A model generated the notes under the pieces. That model saw nothing but the letters and a program-made list of their open reading frames with translations, was not told where the DNA came from and did not search any database. Shown here piece after piece: positions 1 through 8,673 of a stretch of DNA of 57,172 nucleotides. The DNA is taken from IMG/VR virus record IMGVR_UViG_3300006947_002434, positions 1 through 57,172 of that record; one strand, given 5' to 3'. Position 1 is the stretch's first letter. Every line of letters starts with the position of its first letter. The DNA comes from a virus. Its lineage: Duplodnaviria > Caudoviricetes. The position numbers were made by a program, and so were the translations under genes.

Positions 1-58
1 TAAAGCCTCCTAGTTTACTGAGTATCTTTGTTAGTCTATCCCTTTTCTTCTTCATATA

Positions 59-217
59 CTAGCTATTATAGTAGTTATCTACGTTAGTCACCCTATGAAT
101 CACTAGAGATAACCTCTCTATGGTATCTTTAAGGCGAGAAGATGGTCTACTCTCATGTATACCCTCTAGATTTAGAAGGATTGGCATTAGATCTTGGTAC
201 ATTTTGTCTTTATCCAT
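59..217 (-). CDS. Small hypothetical protein (52 aa, not in ORF track)
   Basis: Hand translation MDKDKMYQDLMPILLNLEGIHESRPSSRLKDTIERLSLVIHRVTNVDNYYNS*. It lies downstream of the promoter at 312-343, with AAAGGTT 7 nt before the ATG. Confidence 0.6.
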   Translation of the reverse strand: MDKDKMYQDLMPILLNLEGIHESRPSSRLKDTIERLSLVIHRVTNVDNYYNS

Positions 218-311
218 AATTAATAACCTTTATTTAATAAAAAACACTTGTTCAACATTTATAGTTGTGAGAACTTAGTGAGAAAACTGTAACTTACCTC
301 TTATTTATACT

Positions 312-343
312 TAAATATACGAAATATTACGCATATATCCAAC
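312..343 (-). promoter_or_regulatory. Class-1 promoter GTTG-N20-TATATTTA
   Basis: Minus strand reads GTTG GATATATGCGTAATATTTCG TATATTTA; one of 17 copies with the same spacing. Confidence 0.75.
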
Positions 344-901
344 TAAATCACCGTTTATTTACCCTTTACCCCCTCTTATTCCGGTATCCTTACCTTTATC
401 CTTGGTTAGGTCCATTCATCGTTACCAACTATTCTTATAGTTATTTTAACCTTATTACATTATCCGGAAGGATCCCCTATATTCCTTACATTCTTTTATA
501 CGGTGCCTATATGACCGGGTCCGGATATCACATTTTAAGGTTTGCTATATAGAAAAAAATGAACAGAGGGGCATGCAGGCCTGTATCTACCTATCTTTCT
601 ACCCTACGCTCTACCGTGTATCTTATATACAACCTATATATCTCTCTATATTTATATGTGTATATCTCTATATCAATATATACTTATATCTTACTACATA
701 TACGCTATGGTAATACACATGGTTAAGACCCTCTCTCCATAGGTTTAAATAGTAGCTGCTGCACTAACTACTAGTGTCTTATATCCACTATTAGCCTCAG
801 TCATCCATTCATTAGATACGTTCTTATTTATAGAAGAGATTGATTATATTGGCCTATATTGTAGTAGGTTTTGTTGTGTTAGAGTGGACTATTCATCAAT
901 A

Positions 902-947
902 TTGCGCGTGGCGACCTTCGGTCGGTGAGAGAGAAACGCCCCCACCC
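902..947. repeat. GC-rich dispersed element, copy 1 (with internal CGACC-TTC-GGTCG hairpin)
   Basis: TTGCGCGTGG...GAGAGAGAAACGCCCCCACCC matches 46038-46070. Confidence 0.65.
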
Positions 948-955
948 CTCCCTCA

Positions 956-1462
956 TCATATTATCGTCCTGCTCACCCCCATCATATCTTTTGTCAACCA
1001 CATTATAAGACATATTCTTTCTCCACTCTCTATCGCTCTAGCCTCATGCATTAGATTAGAAGGAAACATTATACAATTATATTTACTTTTATTTGCCTCT
1101 ATAGACGTATCATTATAATATACTCTTAATTGACCTCCTGTGTATTCTTCTGGAGTACTTAGTTGTATTACTAACGTTTTGAATCTCTCTTGATATTGCT
1201 CTCCGGTGTCTTTATGCTTATCAAACTTATCACCTTCACGATATCTTATTACTTTACAAAAAGAAGGAAGGCTCTTTATTCCTAATGGTTTAAGTTTATC
1301 AAGAAGAAAAGAATCATTTGTTAATGGTATTGTTATATCTTGAGACTTTCTTTTATCATTATAGTTGGTATTAACTACCCTACTATTCTTCCACTCGCCA
1401 CCTCTCTCTATTAGATTTAATATTTCATTATCATCTAATTGTAACTGCCTTTGTATTATCAT
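956..1462 (-). CDS. 2OG-Fe(II) oxygenase (prolyl-hydroxylase/PKHD-like)
   Basis: RY..GDKFDKHKD, EYTGGQL, FPSNLMHEA and ER give the HxD...H...R motif. Confidence 0.85.
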   Translation of the reverse strand: MIIQRQLQLDDNEILNLIERGGEWKNSRVVNTNYNDKRKSQDITIPLTNDSFLLDKLKPLGIKSLPSFCKVIRYREGDKFDKHKDTGEQYQERFKTLVIQLSTPEEYTGGQLRVYYNDTSIEANKSKYNCIMFPSNLMHEARAIESGERICLIMWLTKDMMGVSRTII

Positions 1463-1505
1463 CTATCAATACGCTTTATCCCTCCCACCTCTTCTCTGTT
1501 CATTG

Positions 1506-1931
1506 TCATAATTTGTATTTTAATCGAAATCTAAAAGTGTTTGAAGTATCCCACCCCACTCGGTACGTATACTCTTTATATGGATAATCAATTGCAATGG
1601 CACCATTCTTATTTGAATTATACCAAAATTCTTTTTGTATCCATAATTTGAATTTAGGAAACGTATATACTAACCTTGGTTCTAATGTAGGTTCGTTCTT
1701 TTCTATCTTATAATGTAAAGGTACACTTAGGTAGAGTTTAGAAGAGTCTTTCCACAGGTTATGTCTATAGGTGAATCTATTTTCTGAGTCATCACTTCTA
1801 TGTCTAAGTTCAAATCCTTTTAAAGTCACAGCGATGTATGACCTATTATTTGTTCTCATTTCGTATCCTACCGATTGTGGCAGTACCGTTTGAGTAACTA
1901 GTATTAATAGTACTATGAGTAAATGTTTCAT
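1506..1931 (-). CDS. Secreted or outer-membrane beta-strand-rich protein
   Basis: Signal peptide, alternating hydrophobic strands, C-terminus FRFRLKYKL. Confidence 0.5.
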   Translation of the reverse strand: MKHLLIVLLILVTQTVLPQSVGYEMRTNNRSYIAVTLKGFELRHRSDDSENRFTYRHNLWKDSSKLYLSVPLHYKIEKNEPTLEPRLVYTFPKFKLWIQKEFWYNSNKNGAIAIDYPYKEYTYRVGWDTSNTFRFRLKYKL

Positions 1932-2245
1932 TATGCTAAATACTGTGATATTAGATATGCTAATTTATAACCAATAAATGCTCCTATTGCTGTCGGTATT
2001 GGAAATAGAATAAACTTAGCCAACGATGTAACATACTTAGGTCGATTAATTACCCTACTAATAAAGAAGAAATGGAATAAGTAACATATTAGTACTGCAA
2101 TATCTATCCTCATCGCTATAAACGGGACAATAACAGCTCCAGTGAACCCAAATATAAAATTATCTCTTATAGCACTATTAACTTCTCCAGGGGTTGCTTC
2201 CCTATACTCTTGTTTAATAGTCTTTTTTATCTGTTTATTACTCAT
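1931..2245 (-). CDS. Membrane protein, hypothetical
   Basis: About three hydrophobic segments; coupled to neighbouring ORFs. Confidence 0.6.
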   Translation of the reverse strand: MSNKQIKKTIKQEYREATPGEVNSAIRDNFIFGFTGAVIVPFIAMRIDIAVLICYLFHFFFISRVINRPKYVTSLAKFILFPIPTAIGAFIGYKLAYLISQYLA

Positions 2246-2251
2246 ATTTCT

Positions 2252-2728
2252 TTATATTAGCTTTCTTGCTCTACTAGGATATTGTATCTCGGCTGGTCTA
2301 TCTCCTAATGCGGTAAATGCCCATCTATACCCTACACATGGTCTAATTCTATGATGCTCATTATTATCAAAGTATAGAAGTCCTCCTCTAGTCGGCTTTA
2401 TGGTTAGTCCATTCTCGAACTCTATCTCTCCTCCTAGGTAATCATCATTGAGGTATATTATGTAGTTATATATGTTTCTATGGCCGTGGTAAGTATCTAC
2501 CTGCCCTAAAGATTCATGATTGTATTGAAGTCTTATCTTACTAAACTCTTTATTATTAAAACCTCCATTGTGTATTGTTTTTATGTCTGAGTCAGTTAGT
2601 TCCATCCATCTCATGGCTACTGCTCTATCGCTATGGTGTTGATTGCTTATCGATTGTTTCTCATCCCATAGGTTTAAAATCTCTTTACACTCTTTATCAC
2701 TAAACATATTATGTTGGTAGCTTATCAT
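2252..2728 (-). CDS. 2OG-Fe(II) oxygenase-like protein with atypical metal motif
   Basis: IIYLNDDYLGGEIEF...HHRI...YRW; has YHGHRN where HxD is expected. Confidence 0.7.
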   Translation of the reverse strand: MISYQHNMFSDKECKEILNLWDEKQSISNQHHSDRAVAMRWMELTDSDIKTIHNGGFNNKEFSKIRLQYNHESLGQVDTYHGHRNIYNYIIYLNDDYLGGEIEFENGLTIKPTRGGLLYFDNNEHHRIRPCVGYRWAFTALGDRPAEIQYPSRARKLI

Positions 2729-3063
2729 CCTTGGTCACTTAGTTTTTTGTTTCTACTAAATAAGTCTAATAATATCTTAACTTCGCTCTGCTTATAGAAT
2801 CTTATATTAGTATAATCGGAAAACTCCACATACCACCCAGCTCCATCTACATCCGGTAAATCAAATGCATCGCTAGGACAAGTTACAAGCTCTAATGCTT
2901 CTTTATCTACTTGCTCTTGATATCTATTCTCTATTACTACTTCATCTAACGTATGAGCAAAGAAGAAATAAGGAGTGTCTTCAAAGAACCCCTCATTATC
3001 TAATTGCTCTTGATTATACTCTATCTTCTCGAAGCCTAATTGATATAGTTCATTTTGTGTCAT
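2725..3063 (-). CDS. Hypothetical protein
   Basis: ORF with ATGA-type overlaps on both sides. Confidence 0.6.
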   Translation of the reverse strand: MTQNELYQLGFEKIEYNQEQLDNEGFFEDTPYFFFAHTLDEVVIENRYQEQVDKEALELVTCPSDAFDLPDVDGAGWYVEFSDYTNIRFYKQSEVKILLDLFSRNKKLSDQG

Positions 3064-3692
3064 TCCTTTACAATCTTAAATGAATAGAATATCCACGGCT
3101 TACCGTTATCATCTCTCCTACTATGGTCTATATTCTGTACTTCTAAATATAGGGGTGTATCATCTGGAAAGAATTCCATGAGAGCTTTATCAACTCCAAA
3201 CTTCTTTTTTTGATCAAATATAGATAAGTCATCTCCCATTAGTATACCACCCTTCTTAAGTTTAGGCCAGTATGCTTTTAGATCTCTCATTACACCTTCA
3301 TAGGTATGGTCTCCATCTATATATATCCAATCCTTACTCTCATCGTCTAACGTTGTAGATCCTTGGACTGAGTCAGCTTTAGTAACAGTTATATTTTTAC
3401 CAGCAGACCATTCTAATACTTTTTCATATTGTGTTGTAGTCTTCTCCTTAGTACCAAAGTAGTAGTACTTCAAGTCTTGAGAGTCCCAATGGTCAATCAA
3501 AGTAAGATGTTTTGGTTTAGCAAACTCATATAAGTATGATGCATGTTTACCTCCGGCAACTCCAACCTCTACTCCAACAGTGTTGACTGGAATGTTATCT
3601 TTGATGAATTGTTGTCTGGGTTCTCCTCTGTTTAGGTCCTTGAGTGGTGAGTAGAAACTGTATAGTATGTCTCTGTAATTAATTAACCTCAT
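3060..3692 (-). CDS. Class I SAM-dependent methyltransferase (Methyltransf_24-like)
   Basis: GVEVGVAGG, LIDHW, DWIYIDGDHTYEGV..DL..YWPKLKKGGILMGDD. Confidence 0.85.
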   Translation of the reverse strand: MRLINYRDILYSFYSPLKDLNRGEPRQQFIKDNIPVNTVGVEVGVAGGKHASYLYEFAKPKHLTLIDHWDSQDLKYYYFGTKEKTTTQYEKVLEWSAGKNITVTKADSVQGSTTLDDESKDWIYIDGDHTYEGVMRDLKAYWPKLKKGGILMGDDLSIFDQKKKFGVDKALMEFFPDDTPLYLEVQNIDHSRRDDNGKPWIFYSFKIVKE

Positions 3693-3871
3693 TTTACAAC
3701 TAATAAGTTACCTCGGCTTTTTATTAAGCCTCGTAGTTCTATAATATACATATCATCACTGAATTGGTTTTCTAATTGATCAACGAATTTAATGGCTGAA
3801 AGTATATGGTCGTAATTAGTACAACTCTCCACCACTTTTAATGCTTTGGTATAAATCTCTAGTTCTTTCAT
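3689..3871 (-). CDS. Hypothetical protein
   Basis: Coupled small ORF. Confidence 0.55.
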   Translation of the reverse strand: MKELEIYTKALKVVESCTNYDHILSAIKFVDQLENQFSDDMYIIELRGLIKSRGNLLVVK

Positions 3872-4092
3872 TATTTAGTAATTGAATATATCTTATGTTT
3901 CTTTTTCCACTTCTTTATAAATACAGCTCCCATTCCCATCTCTAAAATCTCTACTCCTCTAGGAATATGATTTGTTCTCTCATTGTTAACCTTATCTATA
4001 TGAGTTCCTTTAAATACTTTCATTTGCTTCTTAGCATTGGCTCTAGCAGATAGTTTGTATACTACTACTACTGGAAGGTTTGGTTGTATCAT
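3871..4092 (-). CDS. Hypothetical basic protein
   Basis: Coupled small ORF. Confidence 0.55.
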   Translation of the reverse strand: MIQPNLPVVVVYKLSARANAKKQMKVFKGTHIDKVNNERTNHIPRGVEILEMGMGAVFIKKWKKKHKIYSITK

Positions 4093-4226
4093 ATATTTGA
4101 TTCAATGATTAAAGCGATTACACATATAACCAACCCTATAATAGACCAAAAGGCTATTTTATAGTTACTCTCTAATTGCTCTGGTGATCTCCCTTGTGTG
4201 CTTCTGTACTGTCTTTGTTTTTTCAT
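4089..4226 (-). CDS. Small membrane protein (45 aa, not in track)
   Basis: MKKQRQYRSTQGRSPEQLESNYKIAFWSIIGLVICVIALIIESNI*; ATGA overlap with the next gene. Confidence 0.6.
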   Translation of the reverse strand: MKKQRQYRSTQGRSPEQLESNYKIAFWSIIGLVICVIALIIESNI

Positions 4227-4247
4227 ATCTTATTTGAATTTACCAAA

Positions 4248-4451
4248 TTATTTTTGATTTATTATTTCCACGTCAGTCCAAGCTGCTAAATGTACTACTT
4301 CACCACTATCTCTAGTACAGTAACTATACATCCCATCTACACTTCTAAAATTTAACTCTTCACCTTCTGTGATTTGAGGTGCACCTGGTGGTACTTTATC
4401 CTCTACTATTACTTTAATTCTACTATTCCTTGGTACGTTATATAATTTCAT
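4248..4451 (-). CDS. Hypothetical protein
   Basis: Co-directional ORF with AT-rich upstream spacer. Confidence 0.6.
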   Translation of the reverse strand: MKLYNVPRNSRIKVIVEDKVPPGAPQITEGEELNFRSVDGMYSYCTRDSGEVVHLAAWTDVEIINQK

Positions 4452-4470
4452 TATTGATTATTTATTTATT

Positions 4471-4977
4471 TTATTTATAAAATCTAGTTTTCTTACCATA
4501 CTTATCTTCTATTTCATAGTAGAAGTCTATAAGGTCTTTAGCTGAAGTATTATCTACTTCTTTTACGTAATCTTCTTTAGTCATTCTAAACTCATAGATG
4601 AATAACCTCTTAACATCTGCTAACTTACTGGCTTCATCTTTAGTAAAGTCTTCAAGTAATTTCTTCTTACGAGCTCTATCTATACTCGTCTCATTATGAT
4701 ACTTACCATGATCGAAGTTTCCTATTACAGTATGATTCTCTCTCCATTTCTTATTCATCGTATGATGAACTAACTCTACTTCTAGTAGATAAGGTCCTTG
4801 CTCGAAGTCTCCATTTATAATTCTATCTCTAAAAGAAGATGTACTCCCTAGAGGTTGATTCTTTAAACAATAACTTCTCCACCAGAAGAATCTATTATAA
4901 CTCATCTTATTATAAGTCTTTCTAAGCCTTCTACCTATAGTTGCTTCTGAGTATTTAGGTTCAAATGGTTGCTGCAT
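4471..4977 (-). CDS. Hypothetical protein
   Basis: 168-aa co-directional ORF. Confidence 0.65.
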   Translation of the reverse strand: MQQPFEPKYSEATIGRRLRKTYNKMSYNRFFWWRSYCLKNQPLGSTSSFRDRIINGDFEQGPYLLEVELVHHTMNKKWRENHTVIGNFDHGKYHNETSIDRARKKKLLEDFTKDEASKLADVKRLFIYEFRMTKEDYVKEVDNTSAKDLIDFYYEIEDKYGKKTRFYK

Positions 4978-4978
4978 A

Positions 4979-5212
4979 TTAAAACGGTAAAGGTTTATCT
5001 ATCGATTTATCTCTCGGCTTACTAATATCCTCTAACTTTTTATAAGACATACTAGCAAAAGGTTGAGATCCTATCTCTTTAACTGCAGAATCTTGCACAT
5101 TAATTATAGCATTTATCTTATCGTTAGCATTATGAGCTCTTCTACGAGCCATATAATCATTAGGAGCATATACGTATGCTTCAAACGTAACTACATATCT
5201 ATTATCTTTCAT
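4979..5212 (-). CDS. Hypothetical protein
   Basis: Co-directional ORF with 1-nt spacers. Confidence 0.6.
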   Translation of the reverse strand: MKDNRYVVTFEAYVYAPNDYMARRRAHNANDKINAIINVQDSAVKEIGSQPFASMSYKKLEDISKPRDKSIDKPLPF

Positions 5213-5213
5213 A

Positions 5214-5729
5214 TTAAAATAATTTTAATTGTTCTACAGGAGGGTTTTGAGACATATTATTTATCTTAAAAGCACTCGTTACTTTCCTAGTAGGTCTAAA
5301 CTCCTCACCTATGTTATCAATTAACACACCATCCTTAACAGTAAATGCATGCTTGCTAACTCCTAAGATGAATGTACCATTAGGGTTATCTTTAATAAAA
5401 GATTTAACAGTCTTCTGACGTCTAATGATATCACCGTGAAGTTTATATCTATTAGTTACTCTTTCATTACTAAGTACTTGAAAAGCAAACATCTTATCGT
5501 CTAATTCCATACCATTTTTTGCAATACTATCTAACTTAGTAGAATTAAATATTACTCCTTTCTTATTTATACGTCCAAATACTTCTTTAGAGTAAGTATG
5601 AGCAGTATCATAATGAACATCTGTAGCAGCTGCAAGAGCTCTTACGAAACAATCATTCTTTTCACTTGAAGCTATTTTTGAATCTGTATAGCCTTTAACA
5701 GTACTGGTTGAATTTTTGTAATTTGTCAT
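5214..5729 (-). CDS. Phage early-type protein with NDC.VRA...H motif (possible papain-like fold)
   Basis: NDCFVRALA...SKHAFTVKDG..ID suggests Cys-His-Asp. First gene after a class-1 promoter, with AAAGGTT-ATG. Confidence 0.55.
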   Translation of the reverse strand: MTNYKNSTSTVKGYTDSKIASSEKNDCFVRALAAATDVHYDTAHTYSKEVFGRINKKGVIFNSTKLDSIAKNGMELDDKMFAFQVLSNERVTNRYKLHGDIIRRQKTVKSFIKDNPNGTFILGVSKHAFTVKDGVLIDNIGEEFRPTRKVTSAFKINNMSQNPPVEQLKLF

Positions 5730-5754
5730 AACCTTTATTATTTATATTTATACT

Positions 5755-5803
5755 TAAATATACGAACTTTCCGGCATATAAGCAACTATTTCCACAGTTA
5801 TTT
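5755..5803 (-). promoter_or_regulatory. Class-1 promoter with upstream AAATAAC box
   Basis: AAATAAC-N10-GTTG-N20-TATATTTA on the minus strand. Confidence 0.75.
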
Positions 5804-5808
5804 CTAGG

Positions 5809-5988
5809 TTAGTCTGCCGTACCAAACTCTATTATAACAGTCACAAAGCCTAGCATTAAATGTACTGTTGTGTATGTATATTCTTTATTATCTGGGATGA
5901 TGTGCCATCCTATCATAAAACCTTCGTGAGGCCATTTGAAATTTAAAGATACTTCCCAAAAACTATTATCATCAAAATTTAAATTCAT
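5809..5988 (-). CDS. Hypothetical protein (59 aa, not in track)
   Basis: MNLNFDDNSFWEVSLNFKWPHEGFMIGWHIIPD...FGTAD*; ATGA overlap. Confidence 0.6.
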   Translation of the reverse strand: MNLNFDDNSFWEVSLNFKWPHEGFMIGWHIIPDNKEYTYTTVHLMLGFVTVIIEFGTAD

Positions 5989-6311
5989 GCTTCCTTCTTT
6001 TTTATTACTGATTTAATATGTTTACAATTCTTATGAGAGATATAGCCCCAACAGCTACAACTTAGCTCTCCTCTAATATTATACCTAACGATATATTCTT
6101 CACCAGATCTCTCTGAAATAAATTTCCAGCTCTCTTCTTTCTTCTCTTCAAACAACTCTTCAAATGGTTTCTTTTCCATGATTAAGTCTTCAAATGTTGT
6201 ACTCTCTTCCACAACTGTCCAAGATGGAACGTGATACCGTACGCCGGAAAGAGTGGTTATGAATCCTCCTAAGCCGACGTTTGATGTTGGTATCTTATAA
6301 GTATTACTCAA
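5985..6311 (-). CDS. SWIM zinc-finger protein
   Basis: CSCWGYISHKNCKH (CxC...CKH). Confidence 0.75.
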   Translation of the reverse strand: MSNTYKIPTSNVGLGGFITTLSGVRYHVPSWTVVEESTTFEDLIMEKKPFEELFEEKKEESWKFISERSGEEYIVRYNIRGELSCSCWGYISHKNCKHIKSVIKKKEA

Positions 6312-7200
6312 CAGTCCAAGTTATATCTGGATAAGTAATGAAAGATTCAAATAGTTTTTCAACTCTAACATTCTTTAATTGTTGATCTAAAGTACCGGGA
6401 ACGAAAGTCAGTAGTTTATCATCCCATATGTTATGTACACAGGTTACATCTAAGTCAACTGATTTACCTGAGTAGGATGTTCTGGTTATCTTTGCTTTTA
6501 TAATAGACTTAACAAACCAGTCAAATCTTACCTGTACTTCAGCTTTAGTATCTGAATTAATTGTTAATCCTTTTTTAAGATCTTTTATTAGGGATTGTTG
6601 TTTATGTTCTTTTCTATCTTTTTTTACAATATCAAGAGATCTATCTAGGTCATGCATCAATTCAAATGGAGTGGCAATTAGTTCAGTATACTCATTGTAG
6701 ATCTGATTAATCTCTGCTAATATGTCATCTCGAAAATCTTGAATTACCATAGCTACTTGTCCTAGAATCTGGTATCTTCCTAATTGTAAGTCAGAGAGAT
6801 GATCACTTGATGAATGAGAACTTAAACCAACTGCTGAGTATTCATACTTATTTTGAGAAACACTGTCACTAAATGAACCATATTTTTGTTTTAATTCAAT
6901 AGTTCCTAATCTCTCTTTTATAAAGAAAGTCTTTTCTATATACTCATCTTGATCTTTGTCGTATTTTTCTCTAGTAACTGATTCGCCATCACAGCTGAAT
7001 TCAATATAGTTAGCACTTGAATCTTCAAACCTAAAGTTAGGTAAGTCAGTTTCTACGCCACCGAAGTATTTTACTACAGTACTATTAATTTTAAGATCTC
7101 TTTCTATTTCTAATTGTGTTTTGGTAGATCTTGCTTCACTAATTTCTTTTGTTAAAGATTCTTCTTTCTCTTTAAACATTTCAAACATTGAATTTTTCAT
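6304..7200 (-). CDS. Hypothetical protein
   Basis: 298-aa ORF with AAAGGTT-ATG start. Confidence 0.7.
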   Translation of the reverse strand: MKNSMFEMFKEKEESLTKEISEARSTKTQLEIERDLKINSTVVKYFGGVETDLPNFRFEDSSANYIEFSCDGESVTREKYDKDQDEYIEKTFFIKERLGTIELKQKYGSFSDSVSQNKYEYSAVGLSSHSSSDHLSDLQLGRYQILGQVAMVIQDFRDDILAEINQIYNEYTELIATPFELMHDLDRSLDIVKKDRKEHKQQSLIKDLKKGLTINSDTKAEVQVRFDWFVKSIIKAKITRTSYSGKSVDLDVTCVHNIWDDKLLTFVPGTLDQQLKNVRVEKLFESFITYPDITWTVE

Positions 7201-7251
7201 AACCTTTATTTGTTTTTAATTATCTTATAGTTATCTTTAAGAGAGTTGGAA

Positions 7252-7485
7252 CTAAGCATGAGTGGCATATTGTTCTAAGTTCCACTTAATAAGATCGTCT
7301 AAGTCGTACGAATCAGGACTCTCTCCTTCTATATCAAAGAGTATACTGTCAGCTATTGCTTCCAAGTCTCCTTCTTCTTTTAGTTCGATTGATTGGCCGT
7401 TTAGTTTATGTAGCAGTAATAAATCTGCTATCTCAATCATTATGTCTTGTTTAAATTTTGTTGATGTTCTCTGTAATTTTTTCAT
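7252..7485 (-). CDS. Small acidic hypothetical protein
   Basis: AAAGGTT-ATG start. Confidence 0.65.
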   Translation of the reverse strand: MKKLQRTSTKFKQDIMIEIADLLLLHKLNGQSIELKEEGDLEAIADSILFDIEGESPDSYDLDDLIKWNLEQYATHA

Positions 7486-7503
7486 AACCTTTATTTTTTA
7501 ATA

Positions 7504-7698
7504 TTAAATATAATCGTATTGTGATGCTTCTAAATCGTAATGTTCGTGCTCCATATCTGATTCCCAATCCATTTCAACCTTATTGTCTACAACGACAGTA
7601 TAGGTATTTGTAACTAGATCTAACATGTCACCACATTCTCTATCTGTGATTAACCCATTTGCATACCCTTCAAATAACTCTTTTATAACTATATCCAT
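7504..7698 (-). CDS. Small acidic hypothetical protein
   Basis: AAAGGTT-ATG start, directly after a class-1 promoter. Confidence 0.65.
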   Translation of the reverse strand: MDIVIKELFEGYANGLITDRECGDMLDLVTNTYTVVVDNKVEMDWESDMEHEHYDLEASQYDYI

Positions 7699-7727
7699 AA
7701 CCTTTATTGTTTATTAACTATTATACT

Positions 7728-7776
7728 TAAATATACGAAGAATAACGCAGGGAGGCAACTATTCCCCTAGTTATTT
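7728..7776 (-). promoter_or_regulatory. Class-1 promoter with upstream AAATAAC box
   Basis: AAATAAC-N10-GTTG-N20-TATATTTA. Confidence 0.75.
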
Positions 7777-7780
7777 TTAA

Positions 7781-7999
7781 TTATTTTAATGAAGACTGGA
7801 GAGTGTTAGAAGATTCAAATATAAAATGAACTACATTTTCTATGTCTACTTCTTCAGGGCTATCGCATTCACTAAAATATTCTTTAGTTTCCAGTATTAG
7901 TAACTCAATTTGACCTGGAGTTAACCAGTCAACTATATTTTGTTTTAAGATGTCTTTAACCTCATCTCTAATCCATGTATTGAAATTTATATTCCTCAT
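7781..7999 (-). CDS. Small acidic hypothetical protein
   Basis: ATGA-coupled ORF. Confidence 0.6.
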   Translation of the reverse strand: MRNINFNTWIRDEVKDILKQNIVDWLTPGQIELLILETKEYFSECDSPEEVDIENVVHFIFESSNTLQSSLK

Positions 8000-8190
8000 A
8001 CTCTTTTTTTTATTGATAATAAGTCTAAAGCGTTTAATGAATCCGAAAAGTCTACTCCGGCGATGATATTATCGGATGGAGTAGGTGGATGTAATAGAGA
8101 CCAAATATCTTCTACGAAGTATTCGTCAACGTGACCTTGTTCTAAAAGAGTTTGTAATTTAGATTTAATTTTCTTGAATGAATTGCTCAT
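7996..8190 (-). CDS. Small hypothetical protein
   Basis: AAAGGTT-ATG start after a class-1 promoter. Confidence 0.65.
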   Translation of the reverse strand: MSNSFKKIKSKLQTLLEQGHVDEYFVEDIWSLLHPPTPSDNIIAGVDFSDSLNALDLLSIKKRV

Positions 8191-8218
8191 AACCTTTTTT
8201 TTAATTAACTATTATACC

Positions 8219-8267
8219 TAAATATAAGAAGAAAAATGTTCATAAGCAACTATCTCCCATGTTATTT
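8219..8267 (-). promoter_or_regulatory. Class-1 promoter with upstream AAATAAC box
   Basis: AAATAAC-N10-GTTG-N20-TATATTTA. Confidence 0.75.
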
Positions 8268-8282
8268 TTAGACTATTTCTAA

Positions 8283-8290
8283 CTATTTAT
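8283..8290 (+). promoter_or_regulatory. Class-2 (putative late) motif CTATTTAT
   Basis: The only plus-oriented intergenic copy I found, upstream of the only plus-strand gene. Confidence 0.55.
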
Positions 8291-8390
8291 AATACACAGC
8301 GACACCTCCGATAGACCTCGCTATTCTATCACACAGTTTCCCTTAACCTCGATCGGTAGTTATACTTAACTAACATTTAAATTTTATTTT

Positions 8391-8627
8391 ATGGATTTTA
8401 TTAAGAAGGTTGGCTCTTGGGCCAATGCATTAACTGAAATAGGTATCTCTATTGTTGCTCTTGGAGTAGTTTTAGAAGTCCTTTTCAAAGGAGCAACAAT
8501 TCCTTTCTGGCCTGATGTATCTGTAGTAGCTAATATTATGGATATCCTTGGATCATTAAGTAACGAAGGCCTATTAGGCTTAGTTGGAGCATTCATGCTT
8601 TACCACATCCTTAAGAACAAAGGGTAG
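8391..8627 (+). CDS. Small two-TM membrane protein (holin-like or unknown)
   Basis: Two hydrophobic helices, its own promoter motif and a terminator; the only credible plus-strand gene. Confidence 0.75.
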   Translation: MDFIKKVGSWANALTEIGISIVALGVVLEVLFKGATIPFWPDVSVVANIMDILGSLSNEGLLGLVGAFMLYHILKNKG

Positions 8628-8644
8628 TGTTTTTAATAGTAACT

Positions 8645-8673
8645 AAAGAGAGGCCTTAATGGGCCTCTTTTTT
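8645..8673. terminator. Intrinsic terminator between convergent genes
   Basis: AGAGGCC-TTAATG-GGCCTCT followed by a T run on the plus strand. Confidence 0.8.

Noticed and set aside
8384-8596. Minus-strand 70-aa ORF
   Set aside because: It is the shadow of the plus-strand membrane gene, which has a promoter motif and terminator.
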